DNA of 32,000 bases from an uncultured Chloroflexia bacterium. GTDB lineage: Bacteria > Chloroflexota > Ktedonobacteria > Ktedonobacterales > JADMIN01. This document shows positions 23,104 to 30,843 of this stretch, one piece after another (positions within the stretch are counted from its first letter, which is position 1; each line of letters starts with the position of its first letter). Below the pieces are notes generated by a model. It ran no database searches, was not told where the DNA came from, and saw nothing but the letters and a program-made list of their open reading frames with translations. The position numbers and the translations under genes are program-made. The stretch lies in NCBI GenBank assembly GCA_963718915.1, contig CAVRAI010000015.1, forward strand, positions 540,001-572,000. The letters are read 5' to 3'.

Positions 23104-24105
23104 ATGACAGGTACAGGCACAGGTAGACGCCGCTCATGGCTGGCGCGCGCCTCAGTGGTCATGATGAGCGCGACGCTTCTGGTGTTGAGCGCGTGTGGCG
23201 CGGGCAACGCCAGCACGCCAAAGACAACGCCAGGCACGACGCCGATCGGGAACGCGGGAACACTCATTCCTGGCGTCCTCAAGTGGGGCGAAGACTCTAC
23301 CGGCGGCATGCCCTACATCGCGCCGAAAGACGCCAACAACCCCAACGCGGCGGACTACGGCTTCGAGGTAGACATTGCCAGCGCGATGGCCAAGCTGATG
23401 AATGTCACCCAGCAGCCAACGCAGATTACGTGGTCCGACTGGCCCCAGGGCCTCTCGACCCACCAGTTCGACTTCTTCATGAACGGCCTGGAGATCACGC
23501 CGGAGAATGCGAGGTCGGCCAAGTTCAGCATTCCCTACTATGTCTACACCCAGTCCATCGTGGTGCTGACGAGCAATACGTCCATCAACAGCTTCGCTGA
23601 CCTGGCGGGCAAGACAGTTGAGACTGGCACTGACTACAAGGCCCAGTTCATCATGGAGGACTGGAACGCCGCTCATCCCACCCAGAAGATCAACATCATC
23701 ACCACCGACACCCCGACGCCGTTCGCCGACCTGGACTCGCACCGTGTTGACGCCGAGTTCCTCGATACGCCAATCGCCAAGTGGTATGGCGCGAACGACC
23801 CCAGCGGCAAGTACAAGATTGTTGGCGGCGACCTGAACCCCGGCTACTACGGCATCGCGTTCGATCCGGCCGGCCCGAACACCGCGACGCTGCTGGCCGA
23901 GGTCAACCAGGCCATCGCGAAGATGTACACCGATGGCACGCTGCAGAAGGTCTACCAGGATGGCGGCGCCTATAACGCCAAGCCCGATGGTAGCCCCGTC
24001 TTCGTGAAGTACGACATGTGGAACTCGTTCAACGCCTGCATCGGCAACTTCCTGCCGACCAACCCGACAAATATGGCGGGTTGCCCGACGCTGCCGCCGA
24101 GCTAG
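23104..24105 (+). CDS. ABC transporter substrate-binding lipoprotein (family 3 / amino-acid type)
   Basis: Signal peptide with GRRRSWL and the lipobox LSAC. The mature part has the two-lobe SBP_bac_3 look (WGEDSTGGMPYI, LNGLEITPEN, KTVETGTDY). Confidence 0.75.
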   Translation: MTGTGTGRRRSWLARASVVMMSATLLVLSACGAGNASTPKTTPGTTPIGNAGTLIPGVLKWGEDSTGGMPYIAPKDANNPNAADYGFEVDIASAMAKLMNVTQQPTQITWSDWPQGLSTHQFDFFMNGLEITPENARSAKFSIPYYVYTQSIVVLTSNTSINSFADLAGKTVETGTDYKAQFIMEDWNAAHPTQKINIITTDTPTPFADLDSHRVDAEFLDTPIAKWYGANDPSGKYKIVGGDLNPGYYGIAFDPAGPNTATLLAEVNQAIAKMYTDGTLQKVYQDGGAYNAKPDGSPVFVKYDMWNSFNACIGNFLPTNPTNMAGCPTLPPS

Positions 24106-24357
24106 GAGCGCTGAATTGTGGAGCCTGCCAGTGATGGCATACGCCACAAGCAAGCCTGACCGGGGTGGTTTATCTCAAGCCGCTCCGGTCATGTCATATT
24201 TGTCACCATGACTGAATCTGGCCCTGCTAGCTCGTGCTGGTGTGATCTCCCTCGCCAGCAATGCTGTGCTTGTGGTTGTCCTGGGCGTACGACGCCGGAC
24301 AAGATAGTGCGTTGCGACCAACGCAAAAAACGCACATCAGGCGAATGAGGCAAAAAA

Positions 24358-25500
24358 GTGTTGCAGAAAATCCCTCCTCCAGTGCGCTTTTTGGCGCTTG
24401 TCGCCGTGCTGGTGATTGTCTTCGGCGCGTGCGGTTCGCTGACGTTGGGTGCGATGGATAAAGCGTACTTTCACACGTCTGGTAGCCTGCTCGACCCGTC
24501 GGTGCTTATAGGTAACGTCTGGCATTTCCTGGAGGAAACAATACGGATCCTCACAACGGCGACCACACCCAACGGCGTTCCTCTGCGAAACTACTTTTTG
24601 GCAGGTTTAGCGTTAACTATCGAGTTCTGCGCCATCTCGATGCCGCTGGCCATCGTCTTTGGCCTGGCGCTGGCGCTGATGTCGCGTGCGCGTAACCGCT
24701 GGCTGCGCATTCCCGCGCGGGCATACGTCGAATTCTTTCGCAATACGCCGCTGTTTGTGCAGATGCTGGCGATCTATTGGGGTCTCACCTTCCTGCCTCA
24801 CACGCTGCTCAATCCGTTTACCGCTGGTATAGCAACGCTCGTGCTGAATTACACCGCGTATGAGTGTGAGAATATCCGCGCGGGGCTGTCGGCGGTTGAT
24901 CGCGGCCAGGGCGAGGCGGCTGAGTCGCTCGGCATGGGCTTTTTCCAGAGCCTGCGCTATGTGGTATTGCCTCAGACGATCTCCGTCGTCTTGCCGCCGG
25001 TTCTCAACGACCTCATCTACATGTTCAAGGACTCTTCGCTGCTGAGTGTCATCACCATCATAGAACTGACCGCGCAAACAACCGGTCTGGGACGTCGCTA
25101 CCCCGTCAACTACTGGCAGTTCATCCTCATCGGCGGCCTGATCTATCTGGCGCTGAGTCTGCCGCTGGCGCGGTTTGCTCGTAGCATTGAGGAACGACTC
25201 CGGTCGGTGACCTATATTCCACGCACCGATCCCCTCGTGGCGGCAGCGCAGGTGCTGGGCGTCTCGACGCTGATCGGCCTGCTGGCGGGCGTCCTGGCGG
25301 CTGGTTTCGGCTTCGGCTCGATATTTGGCGCGATAGGCCAGTGGATCGCCGCGGTTGGGCTGATACTGCTCATCATGCTCTTTGTGCTGATCGTGCTGGG
25401 AGGCATCATAAGCATTCCTGGCGGTGTGGTCAATCTGTTCAATCGGCCAGATAAACCGGATCAAACGATTAATCCGCCAGTTGCCGTCGGTGCGGACTAG
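24358..25500 (+). CDS. amino-acid ABC transporter permease with N- and C-terminal membrane extensions
   Basis: The core has FRNTPLFVQM and the EAA-like loop EAAESLGMGFFQSLRYVVLPQ. There is an extra ~70 aa at the N-terminus and a ~100-aa C-terminal extension with additional TM helices. GTG start. Confidence 0.8.
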   Translation: MLQKIPPPVRFLALVAVLVIVFGACGSLTLGAMDKAYFHTSGSLLDPSVLIGNVWHFLEETIRILTTATTPNGVPLRNYFLAGLALTIEFCAISMPLAIVFGLALALMSRARNRWLRIPARAYVEFFRNTPLFVQMLAIYWGLTFLPHTLLNPFTAGIATLVLNYTAYECENIRAGLSAVDRGQGEAAESLGMGFFQSLRYVVLPQTISVVLPPVLNDLIYMFKDSSLLSVITIIELTAQTTGLGRRYPVNYWQFILIGGLIYLALSLPLARFARSIEERLRSVTYIPRTDPLVAAAQVLGVSTLIGLLAGVLAAGFGFGSIFGAIGQWIAAVGLILLIMLFVLIVLGGIISIPGGVVNLFNRPDKPDQTINPPVAVGAD

Positions 25501-25520
25501 CAGGGGAAGGAACAACGATT

Positions 25521-26285
25521 ATGGATGTCCTTTGGAATACGCTGGTCGTCATCTTCCCCAAGCTGGTGAGTGGTGTAGCCGTGACGATCGTGATTTTTGT
25601 CTTCAGCGCCATCATTTCCATGGCGATTGCGATCCCTGTCGGTCTGGGACGAACCTCGCGCTTTCGCATCATTCGGGCGCTGTCTACGTTCTATGTCGAG
25701 ACGATTCGCGGCACGCCACTGTTCTTCCAGCTGCTCGTCTGGTTCTTTGGCGTACAAACTGTGTTAGTCACACTCTTCGGGTTTAATGCTGACCAGTTCG
25801 TCTACAACTTTCTCACCTTGCTCAACTCGAACACGCTCTTGCCAACGACCGGAGTCAGCGGACTCTTTTTTGGGATTATTGGGTTGAGCGTCAACTATGG
25901 CGCGTACATGGCCGAGGTCATTCGGGCTGGCGTGCTTTCGGTGGAGCAGGGACAGACGGAGGCGGCGCTTTCGCTGGGTATGAGCCGTTTCCAAGCGTCA
26001 CGATTCGTCATCCTGCCACAGGCGCTGCGCATCATGATCCCGCCACTGACGAACAACCTGATCACGCTCGTGCAGGATACGGCTATTGTTTCCACGGCCG
26101 TTGTCGGCATTTACGACCTTGAACTAGTTGTCTTTACAGCGGGAGTCGCGACGTCCGATATCTTCGTGCGCCTCAGTCTGTACACTGTCGAACTGGGGAT
26201 TTACTTCCTCATGTGCTACCCGCTGGCGCTCATCTCGCGCCGCGCCGAGCGTCGTACCCAGCGCACGATGGCTGGAGCGCACTAG
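25521..26285 (+). CDS. amino-acid ABC transporter permease
   Basis: IRGTPLFFQLLV and the EAA-like loop EAALSLGMSRFQASRFVILPQALR. 254 aa. Confidence 0.85.
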   Translation: MDVLWNTLVVIFPKLVSGVAVTIVIFVFSAIISMAIAIPVGLGRTSRFRIIRALSTFYVETIRGTPLFFQLLVWFFGVQTVLVTLFGFNADQFVYNFLTLLNSNTLLPTTGVSGLFFGIIGLSVNYGAYMAEVIRAGVLSVEQGQTEAALSLGMSRFQASRFVILPQALRIMIPPLTNNLITLVQDTAIVSTAVVGIYDLELVVFTAGVATSDIFVRLSLYTVELGIYFLMCYPLALISRRAERRTQRTMAGAH

Positions 26286-26342
26286 GAGCGGGCGGTTGAT
26301 GTAGTTTTAGAAATAACCAGGGACACGCGCTGGGCAGCGCGG

Positions 26343-26570
26343 GCGGTTCAAACCGCGCCTGAAGGGCCTGCGGCCACGAAGTCCGCCGTCGCGGACTCCC
26401 AGACCGTGTCCCAACGCGCTCCCCGTTGGCGCAGGGTTCTGTGCAACCCGCGCAGGCGGGTTTCGTGGCGGAGCGTGCGCAGCAGGTGCAGCAGGCAAGG
26501 CCCTTCAGGCGAGGCCCTTCAGGCGAGGCCCTTCAGGCGAGGCCCTTCAGGCGCGACTTCAGTCGCCAGC
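26343..26570 (+). repeat. REP-like hairpin cluster, family 2 (no transposase attached)
   Basis: GCGGT-tcaa-ACCGC (26343-26356). GCCTGAAGGGCC (26357-26368). GAAGTCCGC-cgtc-GCGGACTCC (26378-26399). AACCCGC-gcag-GCGGGTT plus TCGTGGCGGAGCGTGCGC (26445-26480), homologous to 20264-20300. A 4x14-nt tandem array. GCGAC-ttca-GTCGC-CAGCC (26553-26571). Confidence 0.75.
26498..26553 (+). repeat. tandem repeat, 4 x 14 nt (AGGCCCTTCAGGCG)
   Basis: Four perfect head-to-tail copies. The unit core GGCCCTTCAGGC is the reverse complement of GCCTGAAGGGCC at 26357-26368. It resembles AGGCCCTTAGACG at 20302-20314. Confidence 0.9.
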
Positions 26571-26665
26571 CTCCTGGCGTGCCCCTCCTATTTTGTAAAA
26601 CTGCATTAACCGCCAGCCGCTCTGGCGCATGTCTCGTGTAAACTGCGTACAATCGCACATCACTA

Positions 26666-26700
26666 CCCCCTCCCACATTGCGGAGGGGGTCTTTTGTTGT
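26666..26700 (+). terminator. Rho-independent terminator
   Basis: CCCCCTCC (26666-26673), 8-nt loop, GGAGGGGG (26682-26689), then TCTTTTGTTGT. Probably ends the ABC-operon transcript after the REP cluster. Lies about 85 nt upstream of the ECF sigma start. Confidence 0.7.
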
Positions 26701-26782
26701 AAAGTGAAACGACTGCTGCAACGATCTCTCTGCAACCCATGTTCTCCTCTGTGTGAGACGCGTTCACGAGAGGATACCTACC

Positions 26783-27376
26783 GTGCCGGAAGAAGAACTG
26801 CTGCTGGCGCTGGCCGCCAATCCAGAGCAGGCGTTCGAGGCGATGGTGCTGTGCTGGCAACAGCGCGTCTATGCCTTCGCGCTGCGATTGACCGCCAGCC
26901 CACAGGACGCCGAGGAAATTGCTCAGGATACGTTTGTGCGCGCGTGGCGTGCGCTTAGTCAGTGGCCGCCCGAACGCATTCGCGCGATGCGTATGAAGGC
27001 GTGGCTCTACCAAATCGCGCTCAATGTCTTTCGCAATCGGGTGGCTCGTCGTTCCCTGAACGTGATACCGCTGGAATCGCCCGATGGCAGGCCAGTCATC
27101 GAACCTGCAGACGACCGGCGCATGCGGCCCGATATCGCGGCGGAATCCGCCGAGCTGGGGCGTCAGGTGGCAGCCTCGCTGACAGGGCTTCCGGCGCATA
27201 TGCGCGTCGCGGTGGTGTTGCGCTACGTCGAAGGCTTCACCTATCGCGAGATTGCCGAACTCCTCGAACAGCCGGAGGGCACCGTCAAGGCGCACGTGCA
27301 TCGCGGCACGCGCCAGTTGCGCGATGTGTTGCAGAGAGAACGAGTTGAGGTCGCGATGTCAACTGCCTTCGGATAA
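26783..27376 (+). CDS. ECF-type RNA polymerase sigma-70 family factor
   Basis: Region 2 is DAEEIAQDTFVRAWRAL...WLYQIALNVFRNR. Region 4 is MRVAVVLRYVEGFTYREIAELLEQPEGTVKAHVHRGTRQLR. GTG 26783 lies 8 nt after AGAGGA. The ORF is open from GTG 26753. Confidence 0.85.
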   Translation: MPEEELLLALAANPEQAFEAMVLCWQQRVYAFALRLTASPQDAEEIAQDTFVRAWRALSQWPPERIRAMRMKAWLYQIALNVFRNRVARRSLNVIPLESPDGRPVIEPADDRRMRPDIAAESAELGRQVAASLTGLPAHMRVAVVLRYVEGFTYREIAELLEQPEGTVKAHVHRGTRQLRDVLQRERVEVAMSTAFG

Positions 27377-27583
27377 CTCCTGGAGCTTGCGCCTCACGGT
27401 GAGAGCCGTGGACGCCATAGGCCGATTGACTGCGGCCCACTGAGTAGAGACGGCGAACGTTTTACCGGGCAACCGATTATTTGCCCGAACCCCACGAACA
27501 ATCGATTGGGAAGGTGCGGATGTGCGAACCGTTGCTCTGGTCTACTCGCCAGAGTGCCTTAAGCACACAGCCAGTATACCATA

Positions 27584-28444
27584 ATGAAAGGAGACGGCCA
27601 CTTTCTTCCTCACAAAAGTTGGGGTATCCTGGCCGGATTGCTTATGAACATGAAGAGAGATCATCCTTCGCCGCGTTCGCTGGTAAGCGCCATGCGCGAC
27701 CTGAGCGCGGTAGAGCCACCCGCCTCGCTGCTGCCCGCGGTCCTGCGGCTGACCGATCTGGCCGACACCTACCTGCCGCTCGAAACGCCAGTTGGCAACA
27801 TCTTCGTCGCATGGAGCAGCCGTGGCATTACGGCGGTGATGCGCCAGGAGGATGCCGCCGCGTTCGCGCTTGACTTCACCCACCAGTATCAGCGCCGGGT
27901 CATCGAAAGCGATGCGCGGACCGCCACCACTCTGCGACCCGAGCTGGAGGCCACCATCCGGGGCGAGCGCAAGGCGCCGTTGCCCTTTGATCTGCATACC
28001 CTCACCGAATTCGAGCAGGCTGTGCTGCGCAAGGCGCTGGAAATTCCCCGCGGGCAGGTGCGCCCGTATGGCTGGATTGCCCGCGAAATCGGCCACCCGC
28101 GCGCGATGCGGGCCGTTGGCAGCGCGCTCAAGCATAACCCCATCCCACTGCTGATTCCCTGCCACCGTGTCGTGCTGAGCGATGGCCATCTCGGCCAGTA
28201 TGCCATGGGCGGCACAGATGTCAAGCGGGCGCTGCTGTCAGTTGAAGGCGCTGAGCCAGAGATGCTGGAGACGCTGGCAGAGCAACATATACACTTCTTC
28301 GGCAGCGATACAACCGACGTCTTCTGTTTCCCCACCTGCCGACACGCGCGCCGCGTAGCGTCGCAGCACCGCGTCATGTTCAGCTCAGCGCGTGAGGCGG
28401 AAGTCCGGGGTTATCGGCCATGCAAGGTCTGCCGTCCCGCGTGA
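27584..28444 (+). CDS. methylated-DNA-protein-cysteine methyltransferase (MGMT/Ogt) fused to a C-terminal Ada-type Cys4 zinc domain, with no HTH
   Basis: TPVGNIFVAWSSRGI is the MGMT N-domain. FEQAVLRKALEIPRGQVRPYGWIA...NPIPLLIPCHRVV is the PCHR active site. The C-terminus FCFPTCRHARR...MFSSAREAEVRGYRPCKVCRP matches the N-Ada Cx3C...Cx2C methylphosphotriester-repair domain. Alternative starts are ATG 27644 and 27650. Confidence 0.8.
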   Translation: MKGDGHFLPHKSWGILAGLLMNMKRDHPSPRSLVSAMRDLSAVEPPASLLPAVLRLTDLADTYLPLETPVGNIFVAWSSRGITAVMRQEDAAAFALDFTHQYQRRVIESDARTATTLRPELEATIRGERKAPLPFDLHTLTEFEQAVLRKALEIPRGQVRPYGWIAREIGHPRAMRAVGSALKHNPIPLLIPCHRVVLSDGHLGQYAMGGTDVKRALLSVEGAEPEMLETLAEQHIHFFGSDTTDVFCFPTCRHARRVASQHRVMFSSAREAEVRGYRPCKVCRPA

Positions 28445-28521
28445 GCGCGCATCTGGATTGAGTAGACGGATGAGACACGGATATCGTCCGCCTGTGCGCT
28501 TCCCTTTGCCTGCTAACAGCG

Positions 28522-29343
28522 CTATGGCGCGACGACAGCCTGGAAGACCAACACCATACTCCTGGTCGGCGTATCCACCTGATAGGCGTAGCAGCCCGAA
28601 TGCGAAATACGGGTGATGGTCAGCCACGACGCGATGGGCGAGCCGTGGTTTGATGTGTTGGAGATCAGCAGTTGCGGCAGCAGGCTCCCGCTCATGAGGT
28701 TATTGGCAAAGTTGGGCTGCTGGATCCCCCCATCGAAGAGGAGAATATTTGGGCCACCCAGTTGCGCGCCGCGGACGATTACCGGCTCAACCGATGGCAG
28801 GTTCAGGTACCATGTCACGATCTCGCCCTGCCAGGTGGTCCTTCCATGAAAGAAGTCGCTCCATTCCGGGTGCTGCACCCCGTTTGCATCCGCATACGGT
28901 GTTGAGGCGAAGATAGAAGAGTCGCCGATACCCGTAACTGTGCGCGTCCCCACGTTCAACGTCGTCATCGGAGTCACCGGGCAAGAAGACTGACCGAGCA
29001 ACGTCGGCAGGTGCAGTGGCTGCTGGCTCAGGACAAACCAGCCGACGCCGGTCGTGTGCGCTGTCAACCGTGGTCTTGAAATGGCCGACGAAGTAAGCGG
29101 CAGATAAGCGTTGAACAGTTGGGTGAGGTCGAGGCTGTTGATAAGCACGAGGCAAAGGATGGCTACCAGCATTGCGCCGCGACTATACCGCCGCAGTCGC
29201 TCACCAGCGGTCGATGCCACGTCAGGCTGGCGCGCGCTCCACAGGGGCATCCATGGCGCCGTGGTGCCAGGAGAAGTGTCTGGAAGCTGACTGAACTCGA
29301 TCTCGAAACTGTCTTCCAGCGCTTCCTGTTCGTCGGCCCCCAT
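28522..29343 (-). CDS. hypothetical single-pass membrane protein (acidic N-terminus, ~190-aa extracytoplasmic domain)
   Basis: 273-aa ORF. Begins MGADEQEALEDSFEIEF, has the TM AMLVAILCLVLINSL, then a domain with no motif I recognise. Confidence 0.5.
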   Translation of the reverse strand: MGADEQEALEDSFEIEFSQLPDTSPGTTAPWMPLWSARQPDVASTAGERLRRYSRGAMLVAILCLVLINSLDLTQLFNAYLPLTSSAISRPRLTAHTTGVGWFVLSQQPLHLPTLLGQSSCPVTPMTTLNVGTRTVTGIGDSSIFASTPYADANGVQHPEWSDFFHGRTTWQGEIVTWYLNLPSVEPVIVRGAQLGGPNILLFDGGIQQPNFANNLMSGSLLPQLLISNTSNHGSPIASWLTITRISHSGCYAYQVDTPTRSMVLVFQAVVAP

Positions 29344-29884
29344 GAAGCCCCCCTCGAATCACCCGTTGTGCGGATCCGGGAATGTTCGCCTGCGATGCGA
29401 GTTGCGGCCAATCCGTCGCGACACCGCCAGTGTATGACATGACATCAGCAATCGCCATGCCGCCGCATAGAAATACGTCACAAGGAAACGCTCTACGAAG
29501 AAGAGCATACGCCCGGCGATGCGGTTCCGCTAGCTCATCTGTTCGAGAATTTGCACTCATCTGCGATATATTTTCCATAACTAATAGTACTTTACGGTTT
29601 ATAAAGTGGTACTAAAGTCATGTGCTACACAGGCGTTGGACAACGCAACGGCGTTTCTTGTACAGTCTCTCCCGTGCTTCCCTCTGGGAAGCAAACGACA
29701 ATGTGCGACTGTTATCGTGATCTGGAGCGACCGCTGTCGCGCCTTTCGCGTCCATCGCGGCGCAAGCGCGGCACTAGTACGGGGATGCGGCTGGAGAAGC
29801 GTCCCTGAGGAGGGTAGGAGAACGCGGTAGTGCAACCGCGAAGGCTCTGCAGGGGGTGCAGAGTCGGTGTAAGGGAGGTTCTCT

Positions 29885-30661
29885 GTGTTGGGTATTCTGA
29901 TGACTTCGGCAGCGCGTGCCTCGCGGTCGGTCCGCTTGTGGCGCGGCGCGCTTCTACTTGCTGGCGCGCTTGGGCTGGCTGTTGCCTCGATGCAAATGGC
30001 CCCGGCAGCGCACGCCTCGACGAGTCTGCATTACCAGCGAGGCTACTATCTCGACAATGGCTGGTACTGCTACGGATGGGCCAATGGCGCCTATCACTGC
30101 ACAACCCGCTGGCATCGCGCCGCGAATGGCCAGATCATTTCCGACAATCCTGCCTGGGTGCCTAATAGCGCCTCGACGCCCACCAGCGGTACGAGTGGCG
30201 CCAGTAGCGCCCCGACCAGCCAGCCTGTCAGCGGCACGAGTGGCTCGGTATCGCCCACTCCGGCTGGCATTGGGCCATGGGTACGGCCAGCAGGCTACTA
30301 CTCCTACGCAATGTCGTCACATGGCTGGTATCCCAGTTACTTCGGCTGGTGTACGTGGTATGCCTCATATCGCAAGCAGAATGAGCCGCTGATGCAACTG
30401 GGCAACGCCGCCGCCTGGGCGTGGAATGCTCCGCATCATGGGCTGCATACCGGCACACAGCCCGCTGTGGGCGCAACCGTCGTCTTCCAGCCGCACGTGC
30501 AGGGCGCCAGCAGCGCGGGACATGTTGGCCATGTCGAAAAAGTCTACGCCAACGGCTGGTTCCTGGTCTCCGAGATGGCTTTCTACTGGAATGGTGGCGG
30601 CTTTGGACGTGTCAGCTTCCGCTATGTCCACACTGGTCCGGGAGTGAGCTTTATCTATTAG
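29885..30661 (+). CDS. secreted CHAP-domain peptidoglycan hydrolase
   Basis: GTG 29885 lies 7 nt after AAGGGAGG. The signal peptide ends AHA. A Cys/Trp/Tyr-rich module and a Ser/Thr/Pro linker follow. The CHAP core has GWCTWYASY (nucleophile Cys) and AGHVGHVEKV (His). Confidence 0.75.
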   Translation: MLGILMTSAARASRSVRLWRGALLLAGALGLAVASMQMAPAAHASTSLHYQRGYYLDNGWYCYGWANGAYHCTTRWHRAANGQIISDNPAWVPNSASTPTSGTSGASSAPTSQPVSGTSGSVSPTPAGIGPWVRPAGYYSYAMSSHGWYPSYFGWCTWYASYRKQNEPLMQLGNAAAWAWNAPHHGLHTGTQPAVGATVVFQPHVQGASSAGHVGHVEKVYANGWFLVSEMAFYWNGGGFGRVSFRYVHTGPGVSFIY

Positions 30662-30771
30662 ACCCAGGCTGCTCTCCGCAGGCGGTGAGTGGCGCGCCAA
30701 CCCCGGCATGGATAGCCAGGGAAGCCACTCTCGCCTCGCTCACGCGACCGTCGCACGTCGTCGTTATCCGC

Positions 30772-30818
30772 CATATGCCTGCCCATATGCCTGCCTATAT
30801 GCCTGCCTATATGCCTGC
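30772..30818. repeat. tandem repeat, ~4 x 12 nt ((C/T)ATATGCCTGCC)
   Basis: CATATGCCTGCC CATATGCCTGCC TATATGCCTGCC TATATGCCTGC, lying between the convergent CHAP and CPBP genes. Confidence 0.9.
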
Positions 30819-30843
30819 GTCCGCGTCCAGCTTTTGGCGCGTC

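Noticed and set aside
26341-26370. tRNA-like T-arm look-alike (GCGG-TTCAAA-CCGC).
   Set aside because: No acceptor stem, D-arm or anticodon arm can be drawn around it. It is one of the REP-like hairpins.
26498-26553. CRISPR array, considered for the short tandem repeats here and at 30772-30818.
   Set aside because: The units are 12-14 nt and directly abutting, with no spacers. No cas genes are in the window.
26590-26700. Independent small RNA ending at the strong terminator, with a possible TACAAT -10 at 26648-26653.
   Set aside because: No acceptable -35 or extended -10 is present. A start at that -10 would give little more than the terminator hairpin itself. The terminator is better explained as the end of the ABC-operon transcript.
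29222-29578. 118-aa minus-strand ORF (MENISQMSANSR...) upstream of and overlapping the 28522..29343 gene. It could be a separate gene or a frameshifted N-terminal extension.
   Set aside because: Third-position GC is only about 50%, unlike confident genes here. It has no motif and overlaps the neighbour by 120 nt in another frame. The evidence is insufficient, but it is worth a blastp check.
29600-29884. Possible c-di-AMP (ydaO-type) or other riboswitch upstream of the CHAP hydrolase gene. Such genes often carry one.
   Set aside because: Only vague G-rich blocks are present (ACGGGGA, GGGTAGGAGAAC). The conserved 3' half of the ydaO motif, as I recall it, is absent. An Infernal scan would be needed to revisit this.
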